Below are positions 23,888 through 36,859 of a DNA stretch of 64,000 nt, in pieces (position 1 is the stretch's first letter; the number at the start of each line of letters is the position of its first letter). The notes under the pieces were generated by a model. It searched no databases and was not told the origin of the DNA. It saw nothing but the letters and a program-made list of their open reading frames with translations. Both the position numbers and the translations under genes were made by a program. The stretch covers positions 7,068,001-7,132,000 of the forward strand of contig NC_043006.1 of NCBI RefSeq assembly GCF_006345805.1. Reading direction: 5' to 3'. The stretch comes from Octopus sinensis (taxonomy: Eukaryota).

Positions 23888-24502
23888 TCATCAGTTACAA
23901 ATTAGAGACAATTAGACGATGTCTATAAATTTAGCATCGAAAAAGAAATAATTCTGTAAGCATCTTGAACACTAAGAAATTTATTTAATAGATAACTCTG
24001 GGACAGATTCAAATAGACTCTACTGCTGAAATATCCCAATTGCCGCCATGCAATATCTGTTATTCTTTTTTTTTTTATTTGAGTAAGAATTTCAACGTTA
24101 TAGTTCATATGGATGTATATGACGTGAGAAAGACTAGTTTTCTGAATTTTGCACTAAATATTCTAGTTTATGTAAAATTAAATTTATGATTTAATTTGAT
24201 ATATTATCACTATGCAAATAACTTTTCCTGCATGAACATTGTGATATATCAACCAGCTACATAGTATGCTATTAGTAGTATGTATTTATTCGTGATGTTT
24301 TACCTTTTTAAATCCGAACAAAAGAGTCATTATTTTATATTTTAGACAGTACTTTACGAAAGTCTAAATCAAATTTCGTCTATTGTTTCCGATATTCCAA
24401 TTCTTTTATCTTCAACTAAGTTTTGTTGACGTACAGATAGGTACGCGTACACACACACAAACAAACACTCACATATATAATATTTATGTATGTCTACATA
24501 TA

Positions 24503-24593
<91 letters not shown>

Positions 24594-24726
24594 ATATATA
24601 TATATATAGATAGATAGATAGATAGATAGATGGATATATAGATACATATATACATAGATATAGATATATATACGTATGTATACTATATATGGACTTGTAT
24701 TTACGTATCTATGGATAAATGTATCT

Positions 24727-25136
24727 ATGTACAATTATCATAATAGTCAGATCTATTGACGTATGCCCAAAACGAAAATAAGCATACAAGCTGTATTCGT
24801 TTTGGTTTTACCTCTTTCTCTCAAAGACTTTTGCTTCTTTTCATTCTATTCATTTGTAACCGTACTTTTCTACAGTTTTAACAACATATATTCATAATTT
24901 CGCATTTACATTATCGCATTGAAAACAAGAAAGAGGCATTGTATATTGATTGACTGTTGGCTGTCATGGTTCCAACAGATATCAAAGTAGCGTTCGTGTA
25001 ATAATACAGATAACGAATAATAGTATCAATATTACAGTGAAGTTTGATGCTAGATTTATATTATGTGCGTGTATGTGTGTACGTATGTAAATCTATTTAT
25101 GCATGTATATATTTCATAAGTCGTATATATATATAC

Positions 25137-25201
<65 letters not shown>

Positions 25202-25342
25202 TATATATACATATATATATATTATATACTATATTGTGTACATGTATTTTATATATATATGTTTTATATTTATTGTATAAATATTACATTGTTTATATAT
25301 TTTGCATATTGTATATATATCGTATATATAAATTTTGCATCC

Positions 25343-25374
<32 letters not shown>

Positions 25375-26817
25375 ATATATATAAATATATAATTATATAT
25401 ATATATATACATACACACACAGACACGTATATATATATATATACACATATATATATATATATATATATACATACACACACACACAGATACCCCCCCACAC
25501 ACACATATATATATAGGTATGTACATACATGTATGTATATATGCATATATTTATATATTATTTATATTATTATACTAGCAGTATCGCCCGGCGTTGCTCA
25601 GGTTTGTAAGGGAAATAACTATAAAGCATTTTTAGAGAGTTATAGCAAAAAAATGGAAAAAATGATGGTAAATATCCGTTTGTGTTTCTGATTCTCGACC
25701 CCATGTCGAATTTATCGATTTTTTTCAGAACTGGGGGAACTTTTCAAATTTTCGCTGCGTTAGTTTTGAATTATGACATTGGGCTATGTGTGTGTCAAGT
25801 TTCATCAGAATCGGTTGAAAGCTGTGGTCAGGGTGAGGGTACAAGCAAACAGACACACAGAAACACGCACAGACAAACTGCCGTTTATATATAGAGAGAT
25901 GATCGAACGCCATGCATCCATTCCCAAGTAAGTGTTAACTTAATAATTACGATTCGCACTCTTATTCTATCTCTATTCTTTCTATCTATCTCCCTCTTTT
26001 GTTCTTCCTTACTGTTTTTCTCTCCCATCTTTCCCTATTCTCCTCTCTCCTCCACCTTCCCTCCTCTCTCTCATTCTTCCTCCTCGAATCTCTCATTGCT
26101 CACACATGACCAACGGCCATCTGTCTTTCATTCTTCCACTTCCTTCCCAAGAAATGCTTTTACCTGTCTCTCCTCAAAGCTCGTTATTCCAGCGTTCATC
26201 GCTTCACATCGTCTTGGATGCACAGCCTTCACCATTTGTTTCTAATGTATTGTTTGTTCTCACTGTCTTGTTTTTGTTACCACTTTCACCCTCCGCAAAA
26301 AAAATTCCCAAATTCTATATAATTTACCTTGCGGGAAACGATGTCGCGTCTTGCCCCTACCTTCGAAACGTGGAGTAGATAAAACAGGGGACAACTGATG
26401 AACGGAATTCTCTTTAAGTTGCCTGTCTCATTTCTCTGTTTGTTTCTTTCTTTCGTTGTTCGAAAAAAGTTCGTTTTCTATGTTTTTATATTCTTGTTTC
26501 TCATTTTGGCTGCGTTTCTTTTCATATCCAGTACCCATATATGCGAGTATATGTACATATATATATATGTATGTATATATTCATATATTTATATATTTTC
26601 TATATTATTATATATAGATATAGATATATATTATATCTATTTTATATATATAACATATGTTGTTAAAACTGTAGAAAAGTACGGTTACAAATGAATAGAA
26701 TGAAAAGAAGCAAAAGTCTTTGATAGAAAGAGGTAAAACCAAAACAAATACAGCTTCTATGCTTATTTTCGTTTTGGGCATACGTCAATAGATCTGACTA
26801 TTATGATAATTGTACAT
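24727..26817. repeat. 163-bp inverted repeats (24727-24889 / 26655-26817) enclosing ~1.77 kb
   Basis: The arms are reverse complements with 3 mismatches by eye. Confidence 0.9.
25575..25899 (-). mobile_element. Non-autonomous Helitron (325 bp)
   Basis: The minus strand starts A|TC and ends CTAG|T, with a GC-rich imperfect hairpin (gcaacgccgggcgatactgc) just before the end and no TSD. An empty-site paralog lies at ~43812-43860. Confidence 0.85.
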
Positions 26818-26860
26818 TCATAAATTTATACATAGATACGTACATACAAATACATATATA

Positions 26861-26945
<85 letters not shown>

Positions 26946-26977
26946 CGGAATGGTCATATTGCCAGTTTAGTATATGT

Positions 26978-27213
26978 GGAGGCGCAATGGCCCAGTGGTT
27001 TGGGCAGCGGACTCGCGGTTGTAGGATCGCGGTTTCGATTCCCAGACCGGGTGTTGTGAGTGTTTATTGAGCGAAAACATCTAAAGCTCCACGAGGCTTC
27101 GGCAGGGGGGGGGCGATCCCTGCTGTACTCTTTCACCACAGGTTTCTCTTACACTTTCTCCAGTTGGCCTGCCCGCTTAGCCAGCGAGGTGACGTCATTT
27201 GAAGGCTAAAACA
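26978..27213 (+). mobile_element. SINE family A, tail T2 (3' truncated)
   Basis: Homologous to 9799-10102. Confidence 0.88.
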
Positions 27214-29182
27214 TGTACAAATGTCTGGAAAGCGAACAGTGTATGAGTCAGATGCATGCTTGCGTGTGTATGGAGGGGAGAAAATCAGGTGTAGTTTTGG
27301 CGAATCTCAGGAACCATGGAAGTTTTGAACATTGTGGATGAAACCCCTCCCTGCATGAAGAAGCAATATTTCACACTCCGACAGTTCAAAGAGAAACCAC
27401 CATCGAAGAGAAACCACCCATCAATGCGGTTATGAGCACTCGTACTCATTGTTCGACATTAATGTATGCACACGCACACACACACACACCACACACACAT
27501 TTATATATATATATTTGTGTGTCTATATGTATATATAGATTTATATGTATAAGCATGAATTGCTGAGGGACTGAATACTTCTTTATTTAGTTAAATATTG
27601 ACTTATCGGGCAACAGCTGATAGATTAGGAGAGAAGGACAGATTTTATAGAAAACTTATCCTTATTGATGACAGATTAAATAAATAAAAATTATTTTAGC
27701 ATAAAGAGGAATGTGATCGTACAGAGGTGAATTATATAACATTAGGAGCTGTTGCAATTAATTTACATGCCATCGTAACTTATTTGCCGCTGACACGTCC
27801 ACACTTATTGCTTTGTTCCTTGTATATGTTCCCACATCATTACAATTTATTCTCACTTTTGGCATAGCCTTAAAACCACATAAAAACCTACCCTATAGTA
27901 TCCACTACTAACCCAAAGAATTGAATTCTTTTGCTTAGGATGTCAGAAAATATAGAATGCCTGGACAGTTTCCTAAACAGTTTCCATCAACAAGAATCAA
28001 TCACAGTCCTTTTGGTCAGCCCAGGCTTACAGCAGAACATTGCTCAAAGCGCTGTGCTGTACGTCTGACCCTATATCAATGTGATTGCAGAGCAGACTTC
28101 TTAATCACTCCACTATACGTGTGTCTATGTGTTGTGTCGCACGTTCAGATGACGTCTACTCAACTCGACTCTTTACTGCTACGTCCTACTACTATCCTTG
28201 ACGTCTAGACTTCTCCCTCTTTATCTACGTATTGGGCTAGTCTACTTCATCGCCTGGGAGCTTCCACACAACACTATGTATCTGAATTAAAAAATGGAAA
28301 GACCATGGTTGGAATACTTTTGATCATATCTACGCTCAAGGGGAAGTAACCTGGAGTTAGACAAAAACAACTATTATATTTTATTAACACTTATCATATT
28401 TGGTTCCACAAACAACAATAAAATATTCACCAGTTATGTGTTAAATTTAATCAATTCTTCAAAACATTCTAAAAAGAAAACTGTTTTACTGTTTGGTTCC
28501 CAAACAGATACATTTCATATTTCAAGGCACTTTTTTTTTGAGAGAGAGAGAAAGAGAGAGATTAAATCTAAATCATTCTCGGAAATTTCACCTGATAATA
28601 TATGATTTGGAAATGTCTAACAATGACTATAAATAGATATATTATGTAATATAAAAACTGCATTGTCAAAATAAGATTTGGAAATTATTTTACAAACCCA
28701 TGTTCAAGTATTCAGATTACAGAAAATATCAATATTTAGCTATAACGATAACGTTTATTCACACGTAAAAGATTTGTGCTGTAAAAGTTCTGTTTTTAGT
28801 TGAATATCTACTTAGATTTTGGATATCAGATATTTCTCATGGTGATTTGGGTTTAATCTCATGATACAAATGTTCTGGATTGCTTTTACCTTAAGCATAT
28901 ACATAAAGTATTTATAGACTGCAGCTGAGCGAGAGCAACTTTTCGGGATTATAGTGCTAGGATGCTTTGAACGAGAAATGTGGTTTTCGGTCTCAGTTTT
29001 GGCAATGACGTTTATAATACGAGTAGCAACATGTATGTGTATATGTATGCATGTATGTATATATCTATATACATATATACATATACACACATATATGTAT
29101 ATAGTATACATAGATGCCAACGCTTATATTTATGTATATACGTATATATACACACACAGATATACATACACATATATGTATA

Positions 29183-29213
<31 letters not shown>

Positions 29214-29300
29214 ATATATATATATATATAAATAGGGGGAGAATTCACAAAAAAAACAACAAAAAAACAAGACAGGTGGTATAGACAACTGACAGAGGTA

Positions 29301-29376
<76 letters not shown>

Positions 29377-29454
29377 TATTTATGTGTGTATGTATATATA
29401 TATATATATGTATATATATACATATACTTATATATATATATATATATACATATA

Positions 29455-29493
<39 letters not shown>

Positions 29494-30446
29494 GTATATA
29501 TATAAAGGAGAGAGTGAGAGAGATTCATACATGCACACATATACATAGTACAATTTAAGCTTTACCATTTTTTAACATACCTGCAATAGTGTGATCAAAT
29601 ATGTTATAAACCTTATTTCCTGTTTTGGTTTATCATATATAAGACTGTGTGAATGAATATGCATATTCGACTGCATAAATGCGACGTTTAAGTATGAACA
29701 TTTAAAAGAAATCCTTGATATTTCGCTTACGGTGTGCACGTTAATAATTATGGAACAGCGGAAGGAGTGAAATCTTAGATATTATTGATATTCGTGTGTA
29801 TGAGTGTGTTTGTGCGTATGTATGAGTGAGTGTTTCTTGTGTGTGTGTTCGTATGTGTGCCTATCTTGCGTTTTCCGAGAATCAACTCACCAATGAAAAA
29901 CCTACAGAACTTTTGTACTTCACATTTCTATTTATCATTGAATTGATATTGACGAAGCGAATTAAATTCCATGCGTATGAAAGCTTCACTATCTTGAAAT
30001 ATAAGAATATCTTTTACCGCTCTAGCTCTCTTCAAGAATATTTCAAAACAAATTCAATGTGTGGGTGTGTTCGTCGGTGCGAGCATATTTGCTCGAGTGT
30101 TGGCCATGCTGGTTGGACATACTTAAGTGTATGAGTATGTACGCGTGCCCGTGCAATGCCTTACACATTTTAGACTTTACAATATCTTTAACGTCATGCA
30201 ACTCCCGCAGACAAGTGACATAACCTTACAGAATAACCTGAGCAGCTGGCCCATATATAATCCATTTCCATCAACGTACTTGGCTTGCAAAATATTATGA
30301 GTTGAAATTTTGAAATAATTATAATATTGCATATGTGTTACAACGTCGGTTGTTCGATGAATACGAGCTGAGGATACAATGTTCAATATATTTATTTCAA
30401 GTGATACCTAAATGCCATTGAATGTTCGTTTCGGGCTTTGTATAGT

Positions 30447-30660
30447 ATTGGTTTCAAAATTTGACATAAGTCCAGCAATTTCGAGAGAATTGGTAAGTCA
30501 ATTACATCGATCCCAGTGCTCGAATGGTATTCATTTCATCGACCTCAAAAGGATGAATGGCAATGTCGACCTCGGCGGAATTTGAACGCAGAACGTAAAG
30601 GCAGACTAAATGCTGCTAAGCCTTTTGCCCGGTGTCCTAGCCGTTCTGTCAGCTCGCCAC
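30447..30660 (-). mobile_element. SINE family B with a third tail type (B3)
   Basis: B head and body on the minus strand; tail ...gaaattgctggacttatgtcaaattttgaaaccaat differs from B1 and only partly resembles B2. Confidence 0.75.
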
Positions 30661-30969
30661 TTTTTCTATAATTTTAACAAGAGATATGTTTTCTAAAAAC
30701 TAAACCAGCAACCTTCTTTCAACACTTGACTGAAAATATTTCTTTTTTACGTGCACGTATAATTGTGATGTATCCTAATATTTATAGAACCATAAGCACA
30801 TCGGTGAAAACTTCAATGATTTTTAACCTACAACTCCCGGATCAGATCCTGCAATTTGCTAAATACCAACAGTAAATCATGTAAGCGTTGCTTATGAAAA
30901 CAATGTGAAACTGAAATTAATTACGTTTTTGTAACACTATCGCCGACTCCATTGCTGTCAGTAGAGTAA

Positions 30970-31007
<38 letters not shown>

Positions 31008-31070
31008 GTTCGAATCTACTCTGTGCCAAAACGAAGTCACCACACACACAAACATATATATGTATATATA

Positions 31071-31102
<32 letters not shown>

Positions 31103-31716
31103 GCAATGTATTGTTACGTATAATAACTTGCATGCAGTTCCATAATTTGTAAACACGAAAATTGAAAACTATTAATTTTAATAATGCCTTGGTATTATTG
31201 TTTTATTAGCTAGCAACAAATAACTTTGGTAGCAACAAAATTTATTGCAGGATATATAAATACATCGATCTTCAATCATTTCATTAAAGGAGATGCATTG
31301 AAATGCTCGTAAAAGTTTCGAATATAGGATATTTTCTTTTCAAACACTTACGTATTTTCCTTGTCAAAAATAACTCTTAATTTTACTGCTTCATGTAAGC
31401 TCTCTTTAAATTAAATCTATTGTTGATAATGTATCTCTTAAAATATTTGTCATAAATTCTTGTAAAATCACGTTTTATGAAAAGTAGCGTTAAAATATTG
31501 TTTCTTTGTATTAAAGCATTAGAGTTGATAGACAACAATGTAAGTTCAACAGTTTTAAAACAGTTCATTCAACATTGAAAACAGAGAAAAGGAAATGAAA
31601 TTCTATATATTTTACTGTTCCAACATCTCTCCTTTGTTCTGCGTAAAGAACCCTTGATTTAAGAACTGGATCGATTTACACAATATAGATAAATATATTT
31701 TCGGTAACAGTAACCA

Positions 31717-31870
31717 AGCATGGCTGAGTGGTAAGAAGCGCGTTTCCCCTCCATGTGGTCTTAGGTTCAATGCTACTGAGATAGTGTTTCTCGTAAAGCC
31801 CCCGGTAAAGTTTTGTGACTTGATTTCGCATTCGGAAAATGAAAGAAAACTGTCGCTTCTATGTGTGTGT
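31717..31870 (+). mobile_element. Degenerate SINE C left module
   Basis: gcatggctgagtggtaagaagcg...ggttcaatgc...gaaaatgaaagaaaactgtcg followed by (TG)n. Confidence 0.55.
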
Positions 31871-32923
31871 GACTCTATGTGTGTGTGTGTGTGTAGGAAC
31901 GAATACGCTTAGGGCGCGATATTTTTACCGTTAAAGTTTCGGTTTTTATTGGTGCTTACATTAAACTCCCAACGTAGTTTCATTCCAATGGTCTATGCGT
32001 TTAGAGGGTTGTTATAACATAATATAAGAGGCACATCAATTAAAGAGAAAGCAACATAGGCTTGAACATGGTATTCATTTATTTGATGAAATCCCGAAGC
32101 AGGTTAAATGCACAAGTCTCCCATATCCAAGTCACTAAATTCGGTTAGCAGAAGGAAGGACACCCTGGAATTGTAAGTTGGGTGCAGCTCGGATGCCTTA
32201 GAGTGTAAACAGTTAAGAGCCAAAATGCTTGCCTGACGGGCTTTCTTCTCTGAAGACTTCTTGCTGTTCAGCTCTCTTAAGACCGCCTTACCATTGACAC
32301 ATTGCTAAACCATTGACTTCTGACAACAGACTGGAAGACATCCGAGAAAAACCGGGTGACACCAGGAAAGACTAGATACAGAAAATGTGAGTGCTAACTC
32401 CCTATTTTGCTTTTATCATACTGCTACAAGTTCAAGCACTGAAAAATGCAACTGGGATTCACCGAAACGTGGAGAGAAATATGGATCCATTGGTACCAAG
32501 TTAATCTACCACGGCCTTCGAGAACGGGAGAGATGGAAATAAGAGGTAACATTGGAAAGGGCTTGCCCACTATCACTGCTGACCGCCACACAGGAAAGTC
32601 TTCTCTCTCCCTCGGTCAGATTGCTTATCATGTTAGTCGCTTTTTCACCTACTAACTTTGGCTTACGGAGTTCTTCTTTTTATAACCATACAAAACTAGC
32701 TAGAAAAATGGTTATATTGCAGAGAAAATTTGATATTATTTGGGGGGCGACTGTTATCTCAATTCAAACTTCTCCCACACATAAATCAGTTTAGCGACGC
32801 CATGTGTTAAATGTAACCATTGTTTTTCTGTTGCAATGTTAAGGGAAATTGGGAGATTAGAGTTCGAATCTACTCTGTGCCAAAACGAAGTCTCCACACA
32901 CACACACAAACATATATATGTAT

Positions 32924-32982
<59 letters not shown>

Positions 32983-33051
32983 ATATTAGGGAATAAATCC
33001 AAATTTACAGGGAAAAATCAGATTTAGGATTGAATCCAATTTTATAGTAAA

Positions 33052-33371
33052 ATATATAATATTAATTAGAGACAAAACCACTATTATGCAAATCAAACAA
33101 AGAAAGACTTAATCCAATACATAAAAAAATTTATATAAATTAAATATAATTAAAATATCCGCTACGATCGTTTCTTGTCACTTCTATTGACATTCATCAG
33201 GTGGTTTAAAACTTGCAAAGAAGGTCTTGAAACCACCTGATGAATGTCAATAGAAGTGACAAGAAGCGATCGTAGTGGATATTTTAATTATATTTAATTT
33301 ATATAAAATTTTTTATGTATTGGATTAAGTCTTTCTTTGTTTGATTTGCATAATAGTGGTTTTGTCTCTAA

Positions 33372-33385
<14 letters not shown>
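33052..33385. repeat. Fold-back palindrome (156-bp arms, 22-nt spacer), family F
   Basis: 33052-33207 versus 33230-33385, about 3 differences. Confidence 0.95.
33232..33279 (+). ncRNA. Type I hammerhead-like motif (mirror copy on the minus strand at 33158-33205)
   Basis: ccac-CTGATGA-a-tgtca-atagaag-tgaca-a-GAA(A/G)C-gatc-GTA-g(t/c)gg. The plus copy has GAAGC with an intact stem I; the minus copy has GAAAC with one stem I mismatch. Confidence 0.75.
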
Positions 33386-33422
<37 letters not shown>

Positions 33423-34075
33423 ATATACTATATATATATATATATTATACACTATATACATATATATATATATTATATACTATATATATATATATAATAT
33501 ATATATATATACTATATATATATATATATATATAATATCATATATATTTTGTGTGTGTGTGTGTTCGTGTGTGCATGTATGGGTAAGAATACATCAAGTG
33601 GTGTGCTACAGATTACGCAGATTAGCGCTCAGACCAGTTAAAACACCTAAAATCTACCGTCTAACGACGGAAGATTGAGTGTAGGTGGAAAGGTTTGACT
33701 GTAGGCAACGTAGCGCTGAACGAATGAAGGTATAATGAAGATGGACATGCGGCGATCATTGGCATCAAAGCATTTATAAGTTAGTCATACAGTAGTGAGT
33801 ACGAGTGTAATTAAGATGAAAAACAGGGAAACAGCAAATCGAAATTTCCTAGCGATCGGGAAAGAAAAAAAATAACAATGGAAAATAACGAGATGAAGCT
33901 GTCCTAATTGAGTAAAATGATTTGCATACTCTACGGGATTTCATCATAGTAAATTTAGCTGATGAGATTTAATTTGTATTTCTGTAAGGCTAAATTGTAC
34001 TGTATTGACCCAAATTATAGAATCAGATTCCAAATTTTCAAGAGACGTAAGTCTGATAAAAATATCTTTATATAT

Positions 34076-34170
34076 GTAGGCGTTGGCGTGACTGTATGGT
34101 GCAGAGCGGCGAGCTAGCAGAAACGTTAGCGCGCCGGACGAAATGATTAGCAGTATTTCATCCGTTTTGT
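34076..34170 (+). mobile_element. Truncated SINE C head (34076-34100) followed by a truncated SINE B head (34105-34170)
   Basis: gtaggcgttggcgtgactgtatggt, then agcggcgagctagcagaaacgttagcgcgccggacgaaatg... Confidence 0.6.
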
Positions 34171-34439
34171 GAGGGCGCGTGGCTTAGTGGTTAGGGCATT
34201 CGGCTCATGATCGTAAGGTTGTGAGTTCGATTCCCGGCGACGCGTTGTGTCCTTGAGCAAGACACTTTATTTCACGTTGCTCCAGTCCACTCAGCTGGCA
34301 AAAATGAGTTGTACTTGTATTTCAAAGGGTCAGCCTTGTCACTCTCTGTGTCACGCTGATTATCCCCGAGAACTACGTTAAGGGTACACGTGTCTGTGGA
34401 ATGCTCAGCGATTTGCACGTTAATTTCACGAGCAAGCTG
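34171..34439 (+). mobile_element. CORE-like tRNA SINE with tail T1
   Basis: A box tggcttagtgg, B box gagttcgattccc. ttgtgtccttgagcaagacacttt...ccactcagctggcaaaaatgag resembles the CORE domain. The tail matches 1505-1615. Confidence 0.82.
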
Positions 34440-34964
34440 AGAAAAACGGAAGTTTCACTAGAATCGGAAATCAGATGTGAAACGGAAAGCGGAAGAGTTA
34501 CGGAAGGTGATAATAAATGAGAAATAAAAGTCGGTTACATAACGAAATCAAAAGACGAAATGATAATAATAGTAATCCTTTAAGTGCTTGTCAGAAGTAC
34601 AAGAATGAGTTAAGTGATAACACTTTATATAACGGCGAAAATATTCAATATATTTCAGTGCCGGAGAATTATTCCACGAATTATTTCGTATAATACGATT
34701 AAGAGAGATTATGAAGATACAATCTAATATTTTCATTTGGACGGCAAATGAACATGTTATTTTATTACGGTTTAAGAATATTGTGTTGACTGGTTTGTAA
34801 TAATAAGATTAAGTTTAATAAATTATTTATTTGAATTAAATATTAAACAGTATTTTTTGAGCATATTGCTTTACAAAGTTATAAACAATATTAACGTTAT
34901 GAAAATATTATTCAAGTCAACTGATTTGGAACTCTTCTCATTATTTTAAAGCTAGCTAAAGGCA

Positions 34965-35360
34965 GCAGGAGTGGCTGTGTGGTAAGTAGCTTGCTTACCA
35001 ACCACATGGTTCCGGGTTCAGTCCCACTGCGTGGCATCTTGGGCAAGTGTCTTCTACTATAGCCCCGGGTCGACCAATGCCTTGTGAGTGGATTTGGTAG
35101 ACGGAAACTGAAAGAAGCCTGTCGTATATATGTATATATATGTATGTGTGTGTTTGTGTGTCTATGTCTGCCCCACTAGCATTGCTTGACAACCGATGCT
35201 GGTGTGTTTACGTCCCCGTCACTTAGCGGTTCGGCAAAAGAGACCGATAGAATAAGTACTGGGCCTACAAGGAATAAGTCCCGGGGTCGATTTGCTCGAC
35301 TGAAGGCGGTGCTCCAGCATGGCCGCATTCAAATGACTGAAACAAGTAAAAGAGTAAAAG
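34965..35360 (+). mobile_element. SINE family C, full length (left module + (TA)/(TG) microsatellite + right module)
   Basis: A box tggctgtgtgg, B-box-like ggttcagtccc; the same bipartite layout occurs at 60251-60590. Confidence 0.88.
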
Positions 35361-35821
35361 TGCAGCGAACTGGCAGAAGCAGTAGTGCGTCGACAAAATT
35401 CCTCGTTGAATTTTTTTCGACTTTTACATTCCCCCAAAAGAGGTCAAATCTCCCAAAAGCAATTTTTGAAATTTATTCCTATGGGGTTGATAGCATCCAT
35501 TAACCCTTCACTTCAAAATTGCCGGCTTTACCTAAACCAGGAATTATCATTCTCAAACTTGCATCTATTTGCATTTGAAATTCGAAAGCAAGCCCTTCCG
35601 TCTCTCTCCATTCTAAGATAAGTAAAAATTCGTGTAACGCTCTTAAACAGAGATGATAATAACTGGTGACACAGTATTTGAAAGTCGTCCATTGGAGGAC
35701 CTCCAATCACTTGAAGGCTGCTTTCTGCAGATTCAGCGCTGAGTTGCTGAAGCAGATATATCGTTATAGAAAAAAGTCCACTCTTTACCAGAGGTTTCCG
35801 TGTCAGTTTCTTGATCCTAGT

Positions 35822-35930
35822 CACTTGAGCATTCCCCTCGGTGGGTAGCTGACCACGTGTGCATCTCTGATCAAAAGCATTAGTCATGGGGGAGCATCAT
35901 AGCCACGTGTTGAGAGGGATTGTTTTGTCT
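35822..35930. mobile_element. Internal fragment of element X
   Basis: gtgcatctctgatca...gggggagcatcatagccacgtgttgagaggga matches 8762-8825. Confidence 0.7.
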
Positions 35931-36016
35931 GAGTAAATGTAACAAATGCAAAATTTGAAGAAAATAGCCACTTTTAATACTTTCTAGGGCTAAGCCATGC
36001 CTGCACCATACTAAAG

Positions 36017-36131
36017 ACTCCGCCGGTTACGACGACGAGGGTCCCAGCTGATACGATCAACGGAACAGCTTGCTCGTGAAATTAACGTGCAAATGGCTGA
36101 GCATTCCACAGACACGTGTACCCTTGAACGT
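36017..36131 (-). mobile_element. Isolated SINE tail T1 (5'-truncated)
   Basis: Reverse complement matches 34375-34439 and 1570-1668. Confidence 0.8.
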
Positions 36132-36494
36132 CTTTGAATTTATGATTTAATTACTCTGATGTTTACAACTCACCACTGTTGTCTTATAAAGGTGAGTCAT
36201 GGGCAAGGGCTGCTTGCGTTGATTTCGTAGAATTTATGCTTGTGAATTATTTAAATCTTATTTAATCCATTTAATCCTAATGAATGGAGACTTAAATATA
36301 ACATCCGCGAGTCTCACTATCTTGGAGAGAAATTTAAGAAGCAATAAAATATCCTTATTCTAATTTGTTCTCTTTTATGAATATCCGGTTTCTATTTTCG
36401 ATAACATTACCTCCATTTCTTCGCGGACAATATTTATATTGTTCATCGGTTTTAAACTGTTGTTGTTGTGGCTATTAAAGGCATACAAGTCACT

Positions 36495-36686
36495 GAGCTG
36501 GCAGGCGTTAGTACGCCGTGGAAAATGTTTTGTTGCGTTTCTTTCGACTTTACGTTCTGAGTTCAAATTTCGCCGAAGTCGACTTGTATTTCATTCCTCC
36601 GGCGTCGCTAAAATCGAATCACGTGACCACTTAGGTCGACTTAATCGACCAAAATTTCAGGTTTTGTGCCTTAAATGGAAAGAATT
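36495..36686 (+). mobile_element. SINE family B2, diverged
   Basis: gagctggcaggcgttagtacgccg...ctgagttcaaatt...aaaatttcaggttttgtgcc. Confidence 0.7.
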
Positions 36687-36859
36687 CGATTGGTAATAAC
36701 AAGGATTATCAGCATTATTAGAATGTCGGAAAAATACACTGCAATATTTGTTCCGAATTTTTTCGTTCTCAGTCCATGTTTTACCAAAGTGAACTGTCTC
36801 CTTCATTATTGCAATGTACATAATATAGAGTACCAATCAAGTACTAGGAAAAAATAAAA

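Noticed and set aside
27214-27330. Possible 3' end of a CR1/L2-type LINE on the minus strand
   Set aside because: Based only on vague recollection; no coding motif or second copy in the window.
35385-35887. Cluster of overlapping ORFs with ordinary amino-acid composition
   Set aside because: No recognisable domain or splice pattern, and the region is flanked by repeats.
34375-36131. Inverted pair of T1 tails 1.6 kb apart as an inversion or TIR element
   Set aside because: More simply explained as two independent SINE insertions in opposite orientation; no TSD or shared breakpoints.
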